Shown here: positions 56,790 to 64,000 of the stretch, in pieces
Layout: the number at the start of each line of letters is the position of its first letter
Position numbering within the stretch: position 1 is the first letter of the stretch
Sequence record: OR352955.1
From: Escherichia phage AV125
DNA length: 64,000 nucleotides
Strand: one strand, 5' to 3'
Program-made: the position numbers and the translations under genes
The notes under the pieces: model-generated
Told to the model about the DNA's origin: nothing
What the model saw: the letters and a program-made list of their open reading frames with translations, nothing else
The model's database searches: none

Positions 56790-57383
56790 TTACACCTTAA
56801 AAGTGAAATGCGTGGTCGTGGTTTCAAAATCAGGACCAGATAAACGTGCACTGAAATCTGAAATATTTGTAATTAAAAAGCTTTTATGCATACCTAACAC
56901 AGCTACGCTTTCAATATCTTCTACTAACATTTCAATCATGTTAGAAACATGGCTGAACGTAGAGTTTTGTTTTTTGATGGTGTAGAAAGAAAGATTCCCA
57001 CCTGCTGTATAAGATACCTCTTCAAAATCTTTAATGGTATATTGTGTGCCATCAGTAAAGAAAATGGTAGCTTTATTAGTAGCACGTTTCTTGTTTTTTG
57101 GTCCTTTTTTACGTTTACTGCGAGTAGGCAAACCGTTTGGGAACACCATAGCTACAAATTCTTCAGCAGAAACCTCCTTACCGAAATCATAACCATAAGA
57201 AACAGCGTCTATAAACTCGTCATCTTCATTTTTAAAATAATGGAAATAGGGCCAATTTGAAAGATTATCAAGCATCTTATGCTCGTCCACAGCAGAGAAT
57301 GTATCCCTCAAAGCGCGTGTGATTTGCAAAGCATTAGGCAACCTTTTAACACCTACGATGGAAGTACGAATAGAAATTGTCAT
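56790..57383 (-). CDS. Hypothetical protein
   Basis: 197-aa ORF with a basic stretch (RSKRKKGPKNKKRATNK). Confidence 0.3.
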   Translation of the reverse strand: MTISIRTSIVGVKRLPNALQITRALRDTFSAVDEHKMLDNLSNWPYFHYFKNEDDEFIDAVSYGYDFGKEVSAEEFVAMVFPNGLPTRSKRKKGPKNKKRATNKATIFFTDGTQYTIKDFEEVSYTAGGNLSFYTIKKQNSTFSHVSNMIEMLVEDIESVAVLGMHKSFLITNISDFSARLSGPDFETTTTHFTFKV

Positions 57384-57397
57384 TGTTTTTCTCCTTA

Positions 57398-57835
57398 TTA
57401 ACGTCGCTTGCTACGAGATGAACTCTTTTTACTTAAAGGGCTATTGTAAGATTTACGAGTTGTATAGCTACTATTTGTTTTAAAAGTTTGTCTCGGCTTT
57501 TCATAAGTTTTTATCTCTTGTTTAGGCTTACTATAAAAATTAGTTTTCGGTTTAGGTGTATTATAATGCTTATTAATAATCGTTCTGTTATCGTTATAAT
57601 CCCCACTGCTACGATTACTACCGCCACTCATCATATGCCCTAACAACATACCTGTAGCAAACTCACCAACACCGCTACTACTAGAACCGCCACCATTGTT
57701 GATAATAGTTGTATCTCCGTCAGATCCTTGTTGAGCGTATTGTTGAGGAGGTTGTTGGTATTGTGCAGGATTTGTTTCATCCTCGCAAGCTGTTAAAAAG
57801 ATACAACCAATTAAAATCAGGGCTAGTTTTTTCAT
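57398..57835 (-). CDS. Lipoprotein (lipobox LTAC), Gly/Ser-rich
   Basis: Track ORF trimmed to the ATG at 57835; signal peptide MKKLALILIGCIFLTAC with lipobox Cys; overlaps the 3' end of the upstream TM-protein gene in another frame. Confidence 0.4.
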   Translation of the reverse strand: MKKLALILIGCIFLTACEDETNPAQYQQPPQQYAQQGSDGDTTIINNGGGSSSSGVGEFATGMLLGHMMSGGSNRSSGDYNDNRTIINKHYNTPKPKTNFYSKPKQEIKTYEKPRQTFKTNSSYTTRKSYNSPLSKKSSSRSKRR

Positions 57836-58022
57836 ATTTGCTTTCCTCGTTTTGGCTATTAATACATCTGTGTTTGAAATCTCCAGAGAAGCAATAAAGT
57901 TGCTCTCCATCTCGGTATAAACTCACTTTACTGCCGTTGATTACGCTTGTCAATACAAAAATTACAACAAACAACCCTATTGCAAAACAAATATTTTCAA
58001 ACACAACCAACAAGTATTTCAT
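57777..58022 (-). CDS. Small membrane protein with N-terminal TM helix
   Basis: 81-aa ORF; hydrophobic segment LVVFENICFAIGLFVVIFVLTSVI; ATG with GAGGT RBS. Confidence 0.3.
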   Translation of the reverse strand: MKYLLVVFENICFAIGLFVVIFVLTSVINGSKVSLYRDGEQLYCFSGDFKHRCINSQNEESKYEKTSPDFNWLYLFNSLRG

Positions 58023-58369
58023 TTTAAAAATACCTCATCATCAGTTTCATTATCCCAGAAGAACAAGTCCCAACCATTCGGATCATTCCATTTAGCTGCT
58101 GGAGAAGTCCATATTTGCTCGATATCAATATTCAAAACTTCACCGTTTCGTTTTGAAACAGCTTTAGTTAATTCCCAACGGGATACAGGCTCCACTTCCC
58201 CTGAACCACTCCCACAACAAGCTACCACATTAGGAGGCAAATTAATTGGATCTTTGGTCACGATCATAACGCTTACCCCAGGGTAAACTTTTGAAAGATA
58301 ATCTAAAACGTAATCCACATCACCAGATAAATCCCAAACAAGTTCTTGAATTTCATCAAAATTACTCAT
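58019..58369 (-). CDS. Hypothetical protein
   Basis: 116-aa ORF; start after a terminator hairpin. Confidence 0.3.
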   Translation of the reverse strand: MSNFDEIQELVWDLSGDVDYVLDYLSKVYPGVSVMIVTKDPINLPPNVVACCGSGSGEVEPVSRWELTKAVSKRNGEVLNIDIEQIWTSPAAKWNDPNGWDLFFWDNETDDEVFLK

Positions 58370-58387
58370 AAGTCTCTCCTATAAAAT

Positions 58388-58405
58388 AGCCTCCCGAAGG
58401 AGGCT
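58388..58405 (-). terminator. Terminator hairpin after TerC gene
   Basis: Stem AGCCTCC / GGAGGCT with loop CGAA, followed on the minus strand by ATTTTAT. Confidence 0.5.
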
Positions 58406-58411
58406 CATTTA

Positions 58412-59386
58412 TTAAACAGTAGCTTCTTCTTTTTCAGGGAAGATAAAGCTTGCAATAACACCAAGAGATAATGTGCCTAGAACAATCATCAGACTTACGT
58501 TAGGGGAAATATCATGCGGGAGGAATGACCACTTGGCATGAAGTGTTTCACCGAACGGGTGATACATAAGTTTAGCACCAACAAACACCAGAACCACAGC
58601 AACAGCTTTCTCTAAGTGAACCAGATATTTCACAGCTACACTTAACACAAAGAAAAGTGCACGTAAACCAAGAACAGCCATCAGCATTGCAGAATAAACT
58701 AGCAGAGGTTCTTGTGTCACACCGATCACAGCCGGAACTGAATCAAAAGAGAAGACAATATCTGTAAGCTCAATAACAAACACACAAAGAAGAGCAGGAG
58801 TTGCATATTTAATACCATTCTTAATGGTGATGAACTTTTCACCATCCAGTGCATTGTGCACAGGCAGAACTTTACCTACTAAACGAACAGCCCAATGTTT
58901 AGAGTAATCAATATCCTCTTCTTCGTCACCACCTTTGATGATAGCCACGGCAGACCAAGCTACAATCAAACCGAACAACACTTGGACCGACCAATGAAGG
59001 TTAAACAAAGCGGTCCCTGCTGCAACAAAAATACCTCGGAAGACAATGGCTCCTGCAATCCCCCAAAGTAGAATCTTATGTTGGAGATGTGTGCTCTTAA
59101 TTCCAAAGCTTGCAAAAATTGCCATGAACACCATTAGGTTATCTACAGAAAGACTCTTTTCCAACACATAGCCACTTAGGAAAAGCGCGGCAAACTCTTT
59201 ACCATGTTCTACCCAAATGAATGCGTAATACCCTAAAGCTAAAGCAATCCAAAAAACAGACCAAAGCAAAGCAGATTTAATTCCAATTTCTTTATTCTCT
59301 TTATGACCAAAGAAATCGATACCAATAGACAATGCTAAAATACCAACTAAAACAACTACATCAATAATTGGGAAACCGAGTTGCAT
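58412..59386 (-). CDS. terC: TerC-family integral membrane protein
   Basis: 324 aa with multiple hydrophobic helices throughout; size and topology consistent with the TerC family; in the Ter-like cluster. Confidence 0.45.
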   Translation of the reverse strand: MQLGFPIIDVVVLVGILALSIGIDFFGHKENKEIGIKSALLWSVFWIALALGYYAFIWVEHGKEFAALFLSGYVLEKSLSVDNLMVFMAIFASFGIKSTHLQHKILLWGIAGAIVFRGIFVAAGTALFNLHWSVQVLFGLIVAWSAVAIIKGGDEEEDIDYSKHWAVRLVGKVLPVHNALDGEKFITIKNGIKYATPALLCVFVIELTDIVFSFDSVPAVIGVTQEPLLVYSAMLMAVLGLRALFFVLSVAVKYLVHLEKAVAVVLVFVGAKLMYHPFGETLHAKWSFLPHDISPNVSLMIVLGTLSLGVIASFIFPEKEEATV

Positions 59387-59403
59387 TCTTTTCTCCTCTC
59401 TTT

Positions 59404-59422
59404 GCGGGGAACTATTCCCCGC
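59404..59422 (-). other. GC-rich hairpin in intergenic region (possible terminator or processing site)
   Basis: Stem GCGGGGA / TCCCCGC with a 5-nt loop, between the small membrane protein gene and the TerC RBS; no clear U-tract. Confidence 0.3.
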
Positions 59423-59465
59423 TTCATGTGATATATCTTACTCTTTTTAAGAACTATGTCAACAC

Positions 59466-59687
59466 TTATTTTGTTGAATGAGAGGAAAAGATTCCTCGTA
59501 ATACCGCCAAAATAAACGAAACACAAACCACGGTCCAGAAGGTTACTGGGACAGTGATATCTGCATGACCCATAACTTCAGCAACATAGTTGTAAGCCAG
59601 CAACAGTAACCAAGCTGGAATCAAACTAAGCATAAAAGCAATAACAAAAAAGCTTACCACTGCAACAATACCTGCAAAAACACCCAT
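59466..59687 (-). CDS. Small membrane protein (two TM helices)
   Basis: 73-aa ORF with two hydrophobic segments; immediately upstream of TerC. Confidence 0.3.
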   Translation of the reverse strand: MGVFAGIVAVVSFFVIAFMLSLIPAWLLLLAYNYVAEVMGHADITVPVTFWTVVCVSFILAVLRGIFSSHSTK

Positions 59688-59699
59688 ACTAATCTCCTC

Positions 59700-60173
59700 T
59701 TAAAGTTTATAAATAGTCACATCGTGGCCTGTTTTTACTAAAGTTTCTTCAATCATCACTTGGATGATAGCCCAATTACCTCCGGCATGTCCCGCTCCAA
59801 TCATAGGTAAACCGATCTTACATTTTTGGTCACGGAGAAGCAAATCATTAGCCATAGCTATTAGTGCATCGTAAAGTGCATCATAGTCCAACTGACGACC
59901 TTTAGCATTGTATCCGTAACGGTATTGCCCGTATAGATTATATACCAAAGGGTCTGATTGTTCGTCTGGCACCCCTAAACTAAAAGAACCTAACTTACTT
60001 TGATCACCAGCCATTGTGTCTAAATCTGCCGCATATGCATAAGGGAATGCTCGTTTAATTTGCGGAGCAATTCCTGCTCCCATATTACACATACAATTGC
60101 AACAATGAGCAATAACAGTTACTTCACCTGCTTTAGCGGCATCAATAAGATTACCTGTTTTCATTTTAAGCAT
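59700..60173 (-). CDS. Macro-domain-like protein (putative ADP-ribose/nucleotide-binding)
   Basis: Track ORF trimmed to the ATG at 60173 after AAGGAG. Segments VIAHCCNCMCNMGAGIAPQIKRAF and KIGLPMIGAGHAGGNW parallel the macro-domain NAAN..GGGV..AI and AFPAISTGVYG blocks (divergent). Confidence 0.3.
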   Translation of the reverse strand: MLKMKTGNLIDAAKAGEVTVIAHCCNCMCNMGAGIAPQIKRAFPYAYAADLDTMAGDQSKLGSFSLGVPDEQSDPLVYNLYGQYRYGYNAKGRQLDYDALYDALIAMANDLLLRDQKCKIGLPMIGAGHAGGNWAIIQVMIEETLVKTGHDVTIYKL

Positions 60174-60186
60174 TTTTAGCTCCTTA

Positions 60187-61014
60187 TTACAGAATGTGTT
60201 GTTTTGTGTAACGATCCAAGAATTCAAAGTTTTCAGCATACTTTGAAATTCGGTTGTAACCTTCTCCCAAACATCCGAAGAAAAGTTGCTCTACATAGTA
60301 GTGTGGCAATTGGCTAAGAATGATTTTGAAGTCTTCGTGATTTTGGCCCATAAGATACTTAATAGGACGAACAAGACACTGTGCATCACGTTCTTCATTA
60401 ATCATTTTAACAAACGCTTCTGGTGTATTGATGTAGTTAAAATTCAGTTTAGCTTCAGTATCTGCTTGATTACCTTCATATTTTGCAAAATACAAGAAGT
60501 AAACATCATTTTTAACTTGATTTTCATCAAGAATCTCAATCAGTTTGTCTTCATGAGTTCCGGTGATATTTACATCATCAATGAACACAAGCTTCTTATC
60601 ACCCCAGAATTCTTTGTTGCAGTAGAATGTATCCCCATCAATAAGTTTCTTACGACTAGCTTTATCCAAGAAACCATAATCGTTGATATAGCTAACTTTA
60701 CGATGAATAATATCCAGTTCTGCTGAACGACCTTGATCATATTGTGCTTGCAACATATTAAAGTAATTAATAAAATGATCTGTCATCATTGTTGCAGCAT
60801 TGTGCACATGGTTATAAGGAGAAGGGATGATAACAAATTGTTCCCCAATATGTTTCATTGCCACTTGAGCAAAAAACTGAAGTGCCAATTCTTTACCCAT
60901 ACGACGCGCAGCTTGGTTACTACCAAATTTCAATTTTGAATAGTCTTTGATATCAAAAGTAGCAGTTTCCAGGTCATCAAATTTATTTGCAAAAATTTGA
61001 GTTTGATTACGCAT
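60187..61014 (-). CDS. Phosphoribosyltransferase (type I PRTase fold)
   Basis: PRPP-binding motif KLVFIDDVNITGTHEDK (hhhhDDhhtTGxT). Confidence 0.55.
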   Translation of the reverse strand: MRNQTQIFANKFDDLETATFDIKDYSKLKFGSNQAARRMGKELALQFFAQVAMKHIGEQFVIIPSPYNHVHNAATMMTDHFINYFNMLQAQYDQGRSAELDIIHRKVSYINDYGFLDKASRKKLIDGDTFYCNKEFWGDKKLVFIDDVNITGTHEDKLIEILDENQVKNDVYFLYFAKYEGNQADTEAKLNFNYINTPEAFVKMINEERDAQCLVRPIKYLMGQNHEDFKIILSQLPHYYVEQLFFGCLGEGYNRISKYAENFEFLDRYTKQHIL

Positions 61015-61663
61015 TTACAATTTCTCCTCTTTTAAGTTTCTCTAGTAAGTCGTTAGGGTTCTTAATATGACAGAAGTTAATCCCTATGTCAACACATTTA
61101 CCATCAAATTCTTCGCTGTCCCCAACATGTAAAATCTCTTCAGCCTTCAAAGGAATGCTTGAATATGTGGCGGTCCTAACAAAGAATCTAGGATCTGGTT
61201 TACATAACAGATGTTCGTCTGAAAAATGCATAAATTCAAAACAATTCCAACTGTCGAACATACAAGCACGACGCAAAATATCCCCAGATATAAAATTAGT
61301 ATTGCTTTTAATACTAAGATCATATTTACCAGACAAGTATAGCAAACAAACTGGCAAATCTAAAGCGATATGTGGAGGAAATTTAAGAAACCATTGCTCA
61401 CACTCAAAACGCATTTGTGCAGATTCTACAGGGGTTAAACCTATCTTTCTTCCCAACATATTCCATGCATATGCTACACCTTCTGCACACCCATTTAGTG
61501 CAGCATTATCCATAATTTCTTTGGCATCTTTATATGCTTCTTTTGCCGCACGTTCAGACATTCTACCATATGTAGCAATAGTGTGCGTACGTGCATCTGC
61601 ATAGTTTTGATTGGCAGAAATAAGAGTATTCCATACATCAAAAGAAATATGTTTTATTGTCAT
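61007..61663 (-). CDS. HAD-superfamily hydrolase (phosphatase-like)
   Basis: Motif I-like ISFDVWNTL (DxYGT variant), motif III KPDP, motif IV HVGDS. Track ORF begins at a TTG (61684); the ATG at 61663 follows the upstream stop and a GGTGGG RBS. Confidence 0.5.
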   Translation of the reverse strand: MTIKHISFDVWNTLISANQNYADARTHTIATYGRMSERAAKEAYKDAKEIMDNAALNGCAEGVAYAWNMLGRKIGLTPVESAQMRFECEQWFLKFPPHIALDLPVCLLYLSGKYDLSIKSNTNFISGDILRRACMFDSWNCFEFMHFSDEHLLCKPDPRFFVRTATYSSIPLKAEEILHVGDSEEFDGKCVDIGINFCHIKNPNDLLEKLKRGEIVNA

Positions 61664-61664
61664 A

Positions 61665-62270
61665 CTAGGCCCACCACGCATCAAGATTTAAGTTACTGTC
61701 TACCACAACTTGTTCTATGTGGTAGCCTTTTATCTGTATCCCACTGTTCAAGAGCATATCATACGCTTCATTGAAACGCAACTTATCTTCTGCGGAATAT
61801 AAGCGAGCATTATAAAATCGGTAATCAATTTCTTCAGCATTAGAAGAAATACGGAAGAAGTTTGTTTCTACTTCAGGATCACTTGCTGAAGTTTTAATGT
61901 GAACTTCTCCGTAATTTTCTTTGCTTAGATCCATGAAAAGAACACAGGCAACATGTTTGAACATTCGTTCTAGTTTGTAACGAACAACATTGAAACCTGC
62001 ATTCTCAAGTTTTTCTACACATTGCAACATTAACGTAGTGTCGAGATCGCTTTGATACTTTGTTAACATACGATCACGTTGAGACTTTGTATCCCGATGT
62101 AAATCAATTGTTGTGCATTTGGCACCAATGATCTTAGCTGCTTTCATCAACTCTTCAGAACTAACGTTAGATAAAGTAAGATGAAAATGGGCTTTCCACA
62201 CTTTTTTAGCAGGGACACCAAAAGATTTATCCCCACTATTCGGCATGTTGACTACTACACTATGTTGCAT
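61665..62270 (-). CDS. Hypothetical protein (weak 2H-phosphoesterase-like H-x-T-x motif)
   Basis: 201-aa ORF with HFHLTL near the N-terminus and a second, imperfect HIKTS; assignment tentative. Confidence 0.25.
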   Translation of the reverse strand: MQHSVVVNMPNSGDKSFGVPAKKVWKAHFHLTLSNVSSEELMKAAKIIGAKCTTIDLHRDTKSQRDRMLTKYQSDLDTTLMLQCVEKLENAGFNVVRYKLERMFKHVACVLFMDLSKENYGEVHIKTSASDPEVETNFFRISSNAEEIDYRFYNARLYSAEDKLRFNEAYDMLLNSGIQIKGYHIEQVVVDSNLNLDAWWA

Positions 62271-62285
62271 TACTTATCTCCTCAC

Positions 62286-62477
62286 TTAAAATGGAAGTCT
62301 TTGAAGTTCATCTCCTCCGATATCAAGTAATTTAGCAACATCTCGATCAGAAAGCAACTCTTTTCTTTGTAAAATATCCACAAGGGTTGCAAGAATGTCC
62401 TTAACGTCCCGATCACTGTTCTTCAAAAGTTCTCCTGCCGTCCCTACCCTATCTCCTACAGCAAAATATGTAACCAT
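62286..62477 (-). CDS. Hypothetical small protein
   Basis: Track ORF trimmed to the ATG at 62477 preceded by AGGAGG. Confidence 0.3.
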   Translation of the reverse strand: MVTYFAVGDRVGTAGELLKNSDRDVKDILATLVDILQRKELLSDRDVAKLLDIGGDELQRLPF

Positions 62478-62490
62478 AAAACCTCCTACG

Positions 62491-62961
62491 CTAATCTGAT
62501 TGCCAACCACTCGCCGTTTTGGTCCATAATCTTTGATTATCTGACCCTCTGAAAGGTTTTGTGGTTGGATTGTTTATTTCATACTTTCCGTCTACAATAA
62601 TGTCAACAAGATTTTTAATATACAAAGGCACTTCCTCAAAAGTATATCCTGTATACACCATTATATCTTTGCTTGACCCATAAACGTCTCTAACCTTTTC
62701 TATAAGGTTTTTAACATTGTAAATATTCTGCGGATCTAATGGTTCTCCTCCTAAAATTGTTAAACCTTTTACAAACGGTCTTGACAAATCTTTTAAAACT
62801 TGCTCTACATTTTCGTTAGTGAACGGTTTCCCATAAGAATAAGACCAGGCTTTCTGGTTAAAACAGCCACGACAACCGTGGCTACAACCACTAACCCAGA
62901 GGGAGCACCTAACTCCCTCACCATTAATAAGATCTACAGGTTCATATCCTGCAAAATTCAA
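62491..62961 (-). CDS. nrdG: Anaerobic ribonucleotide reductase activating protein (radical SAM)
   Basis: Cluster motif CSHGCRGC (Cx3Cx2C) near the N-terminus, GGEPL motif, 156 aa; start overlaps the NrdD stop (ATGA). Confidence 0.65.
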   Translation of the reverse strand: MNFAGYEPVDLINGEGVRCSLWVSGCSHGCRGCFNQKAWSYSYGKPFTNENVEQVLKDLSRPFVKGLTILGGEPLDPQNIYNVKNLIEKVRDVYGSSKDIMVYTGYTFEEVPLYIKNLVDIIVDGKYEINNPTTKPFRGSDNQRLWTKTASGWQSD

Positions 62962-64000
62962 AGATGTTTCTCCCTTTGCAAAACTTCCTGCATTTTACCT
63001 TTGTTATAAGGCCGTGAATTAGGGGCAGAAAGATACCCTGATACACGTCTAACTACAGAAATAGTTTCTTCTTCATGGTTGCCACAATTAGGACACTCAA
63101 ACCCTTTAGCCGTTGCCTTAAATTCTCCATGAAAACCACACTTAAAGCATTGATCCACGGGCTGATTAATACCAAAATAGTGAATATGTTCATAAGCGTA
63201 GTCTACTAAAGTCTCCAAAGCTTCTAAGTTATTCTTTAAGTTTGGTGTTTCGACATAACTTATGTTACCACCATTGCTAATCTGTGCAAAACCTGCTTCA
63301 TAATCCCATTTTTCAAAAGGATTTGTTACCAACCATACAGGTTGATGAAAAGAATTAGTAAGATAGTCTCTTTCTACCAGACCTGGATATTTTTCATTTA
63401 AAGCTGTTGCAAATTTATAGCACAAGGATTCTGCTGGAGTTCCATAAAGACTAAATGCCAACTTAGATCGTTCTTTAAACACAGCACACACATCTTTCAT
63501 ATGTTGCAGAATGTTTTTACCTAGTTCCTTTTTATCTTTTTCTTCTGGATAAAGGATTTCCAAAGCTTCGGCAAGACCTACATAACCAATACTAATAGAA
63601 GCATAACCACCTTCAAACAAAACACCAATTTCATCATTGGCATTTAAACGCGCTAAAGCCCCTTCCATGAAAAGAATAGGGTTTTCAGATGCTTTGGTAT
63701 GCCTAATACGGTTTACACGTAACATGTGAGCATCGTAGGCTATCTCCATATGTTTATTAAGGAGGTCGGTGAAAGATTCTCCTTTACTTCTCGCTTCCGC
63801 AGCAATCAGAGGTAAATTGATAGAAACTACTCCAAGGTTGAATCGTCCATCATATTTTTCTCCTTGTTCGGTGGCATAGTACGACAAAAAGGAACGACAA
63901 CCCATACTCGTAACAGTACCCTCTGCTGATCCCGTAACTTCTTTGTTCAAAGGAACAGAAATAAAATCTGGATAAATACGATCAGCACAACATGCCAAAG
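62958..64000 (-). CDS. nrdD: Anaerobic ribonucleoside-triphosphate reductase, 5' partial (N-terminus beyond window end)
   Basis: C-terminal zinc ribbon CFKCG...CPNCG followed by glycyl-radical motif RRVSGYL; only the C-terminal 346 aa are in the window. Confidence 0.7.
   Translation of the reverse strand, partial: LACCADRIYPDFISVPLNKEVTGSAEGTVTSMGCRSFLSYYATEQGEKYDGRFNLGVVSINLPLIAAEARSKGESFTDLLNKHMEIAYDAHMLRVNRIRHTKASENPILFMEGALARLNANDEIGVLFEGGYASISIGYVGLAEALEILYPEEKDKKELGKNILQHMKDVCAVFKERSKLAFSLYGTPAESLCYKFATALNEKYPGLVERDYLTNSFHQPVWLVTNPFEKWDYEAGFAQISNGGNISYVETPNLKNNLEALETLVDYAYEHIHYFGINQPVDQCFKCGFHGEFKATAKGFECPNCGNHEEETISVVRRVSGYLSAPNSRPYNKGKMQEVLQREKHL

Noticed and set aside
51781-59386. 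Ter genes as a host-derived island or assembly chimera
   Set aside because: The cluster is co-oriented and tightly packed with flanking phage genes (glycosyltransferases, primase-helicase, NrdDG) with overlapping starts and stops and similar base composition, so it is treated as phage-encoded; this cannot be proven without the whole genome.
1-64000. CRISPR arrays, tRNA or rRNA genes, integrase or repressor
   Set aside because: No short direct repeat-spacer arrays, no tRNA-like conserved T-arm sequences in intergenic gaps, and no recombinase or repressor-like ORFs were seen; intergenic space is minimal.

Overview
This window reads as a contiguous piece of a large virulent tailed dsDNA phage genome with a contractile tail; no integrase, repressor, rRNA, tRNA or CRISPR array was seen. 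Positions 1-37559 are a plus-strand virion module: terminase large subunit (5' partial), portal, scaffold-like protein, decoration protein, major capsid protein, neck proteins, tail sheath, tail tube, a tail assembly chaperone pair with a -1 frameshift site, tape measure, baseplate (hub, spike with HxHxH tip, W-, J- and I-like proteins) and an unusually large array of receptor-binding proteins (beta-helix tailspikes, a collagen-like fiber, a BspA-LRR/Ig-like fiber). A convergent junction with a bidirectional terminator lies at about 37.57 kb. Positions 37587-64000 are a minus-strand replication and auxiliary module: HNH endonuclease, SSB with an E. coli-like acidic tip, a small nucleotidyltransferase carrying the same kind of tip, a family A DNA polymerase interrupted by an intein-like insertion, an orphan N6-adenine methyltransferase, a T7 gp4-like primase-helicase, four glycosyltransferases, a secreted SleB-like cell-wall hydrolase, and anaerobic ribonucleotide reductase NrdG/NrdD (NrdD 5' partial). 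The most unusual content is a phage-borne Ter-like cluster (TerD, vWA, TelA, SprT-like, TerC) adjacent to a phosphoribosyltransferase, HAD phosphatase and macro-like protein, interspersed with small acidic and paralogous ORFs. Several sigma70-type promoters and rho-independent terminators are readable directly. All functional calls come from motif-level reading of the supplied translations; no database search was run.
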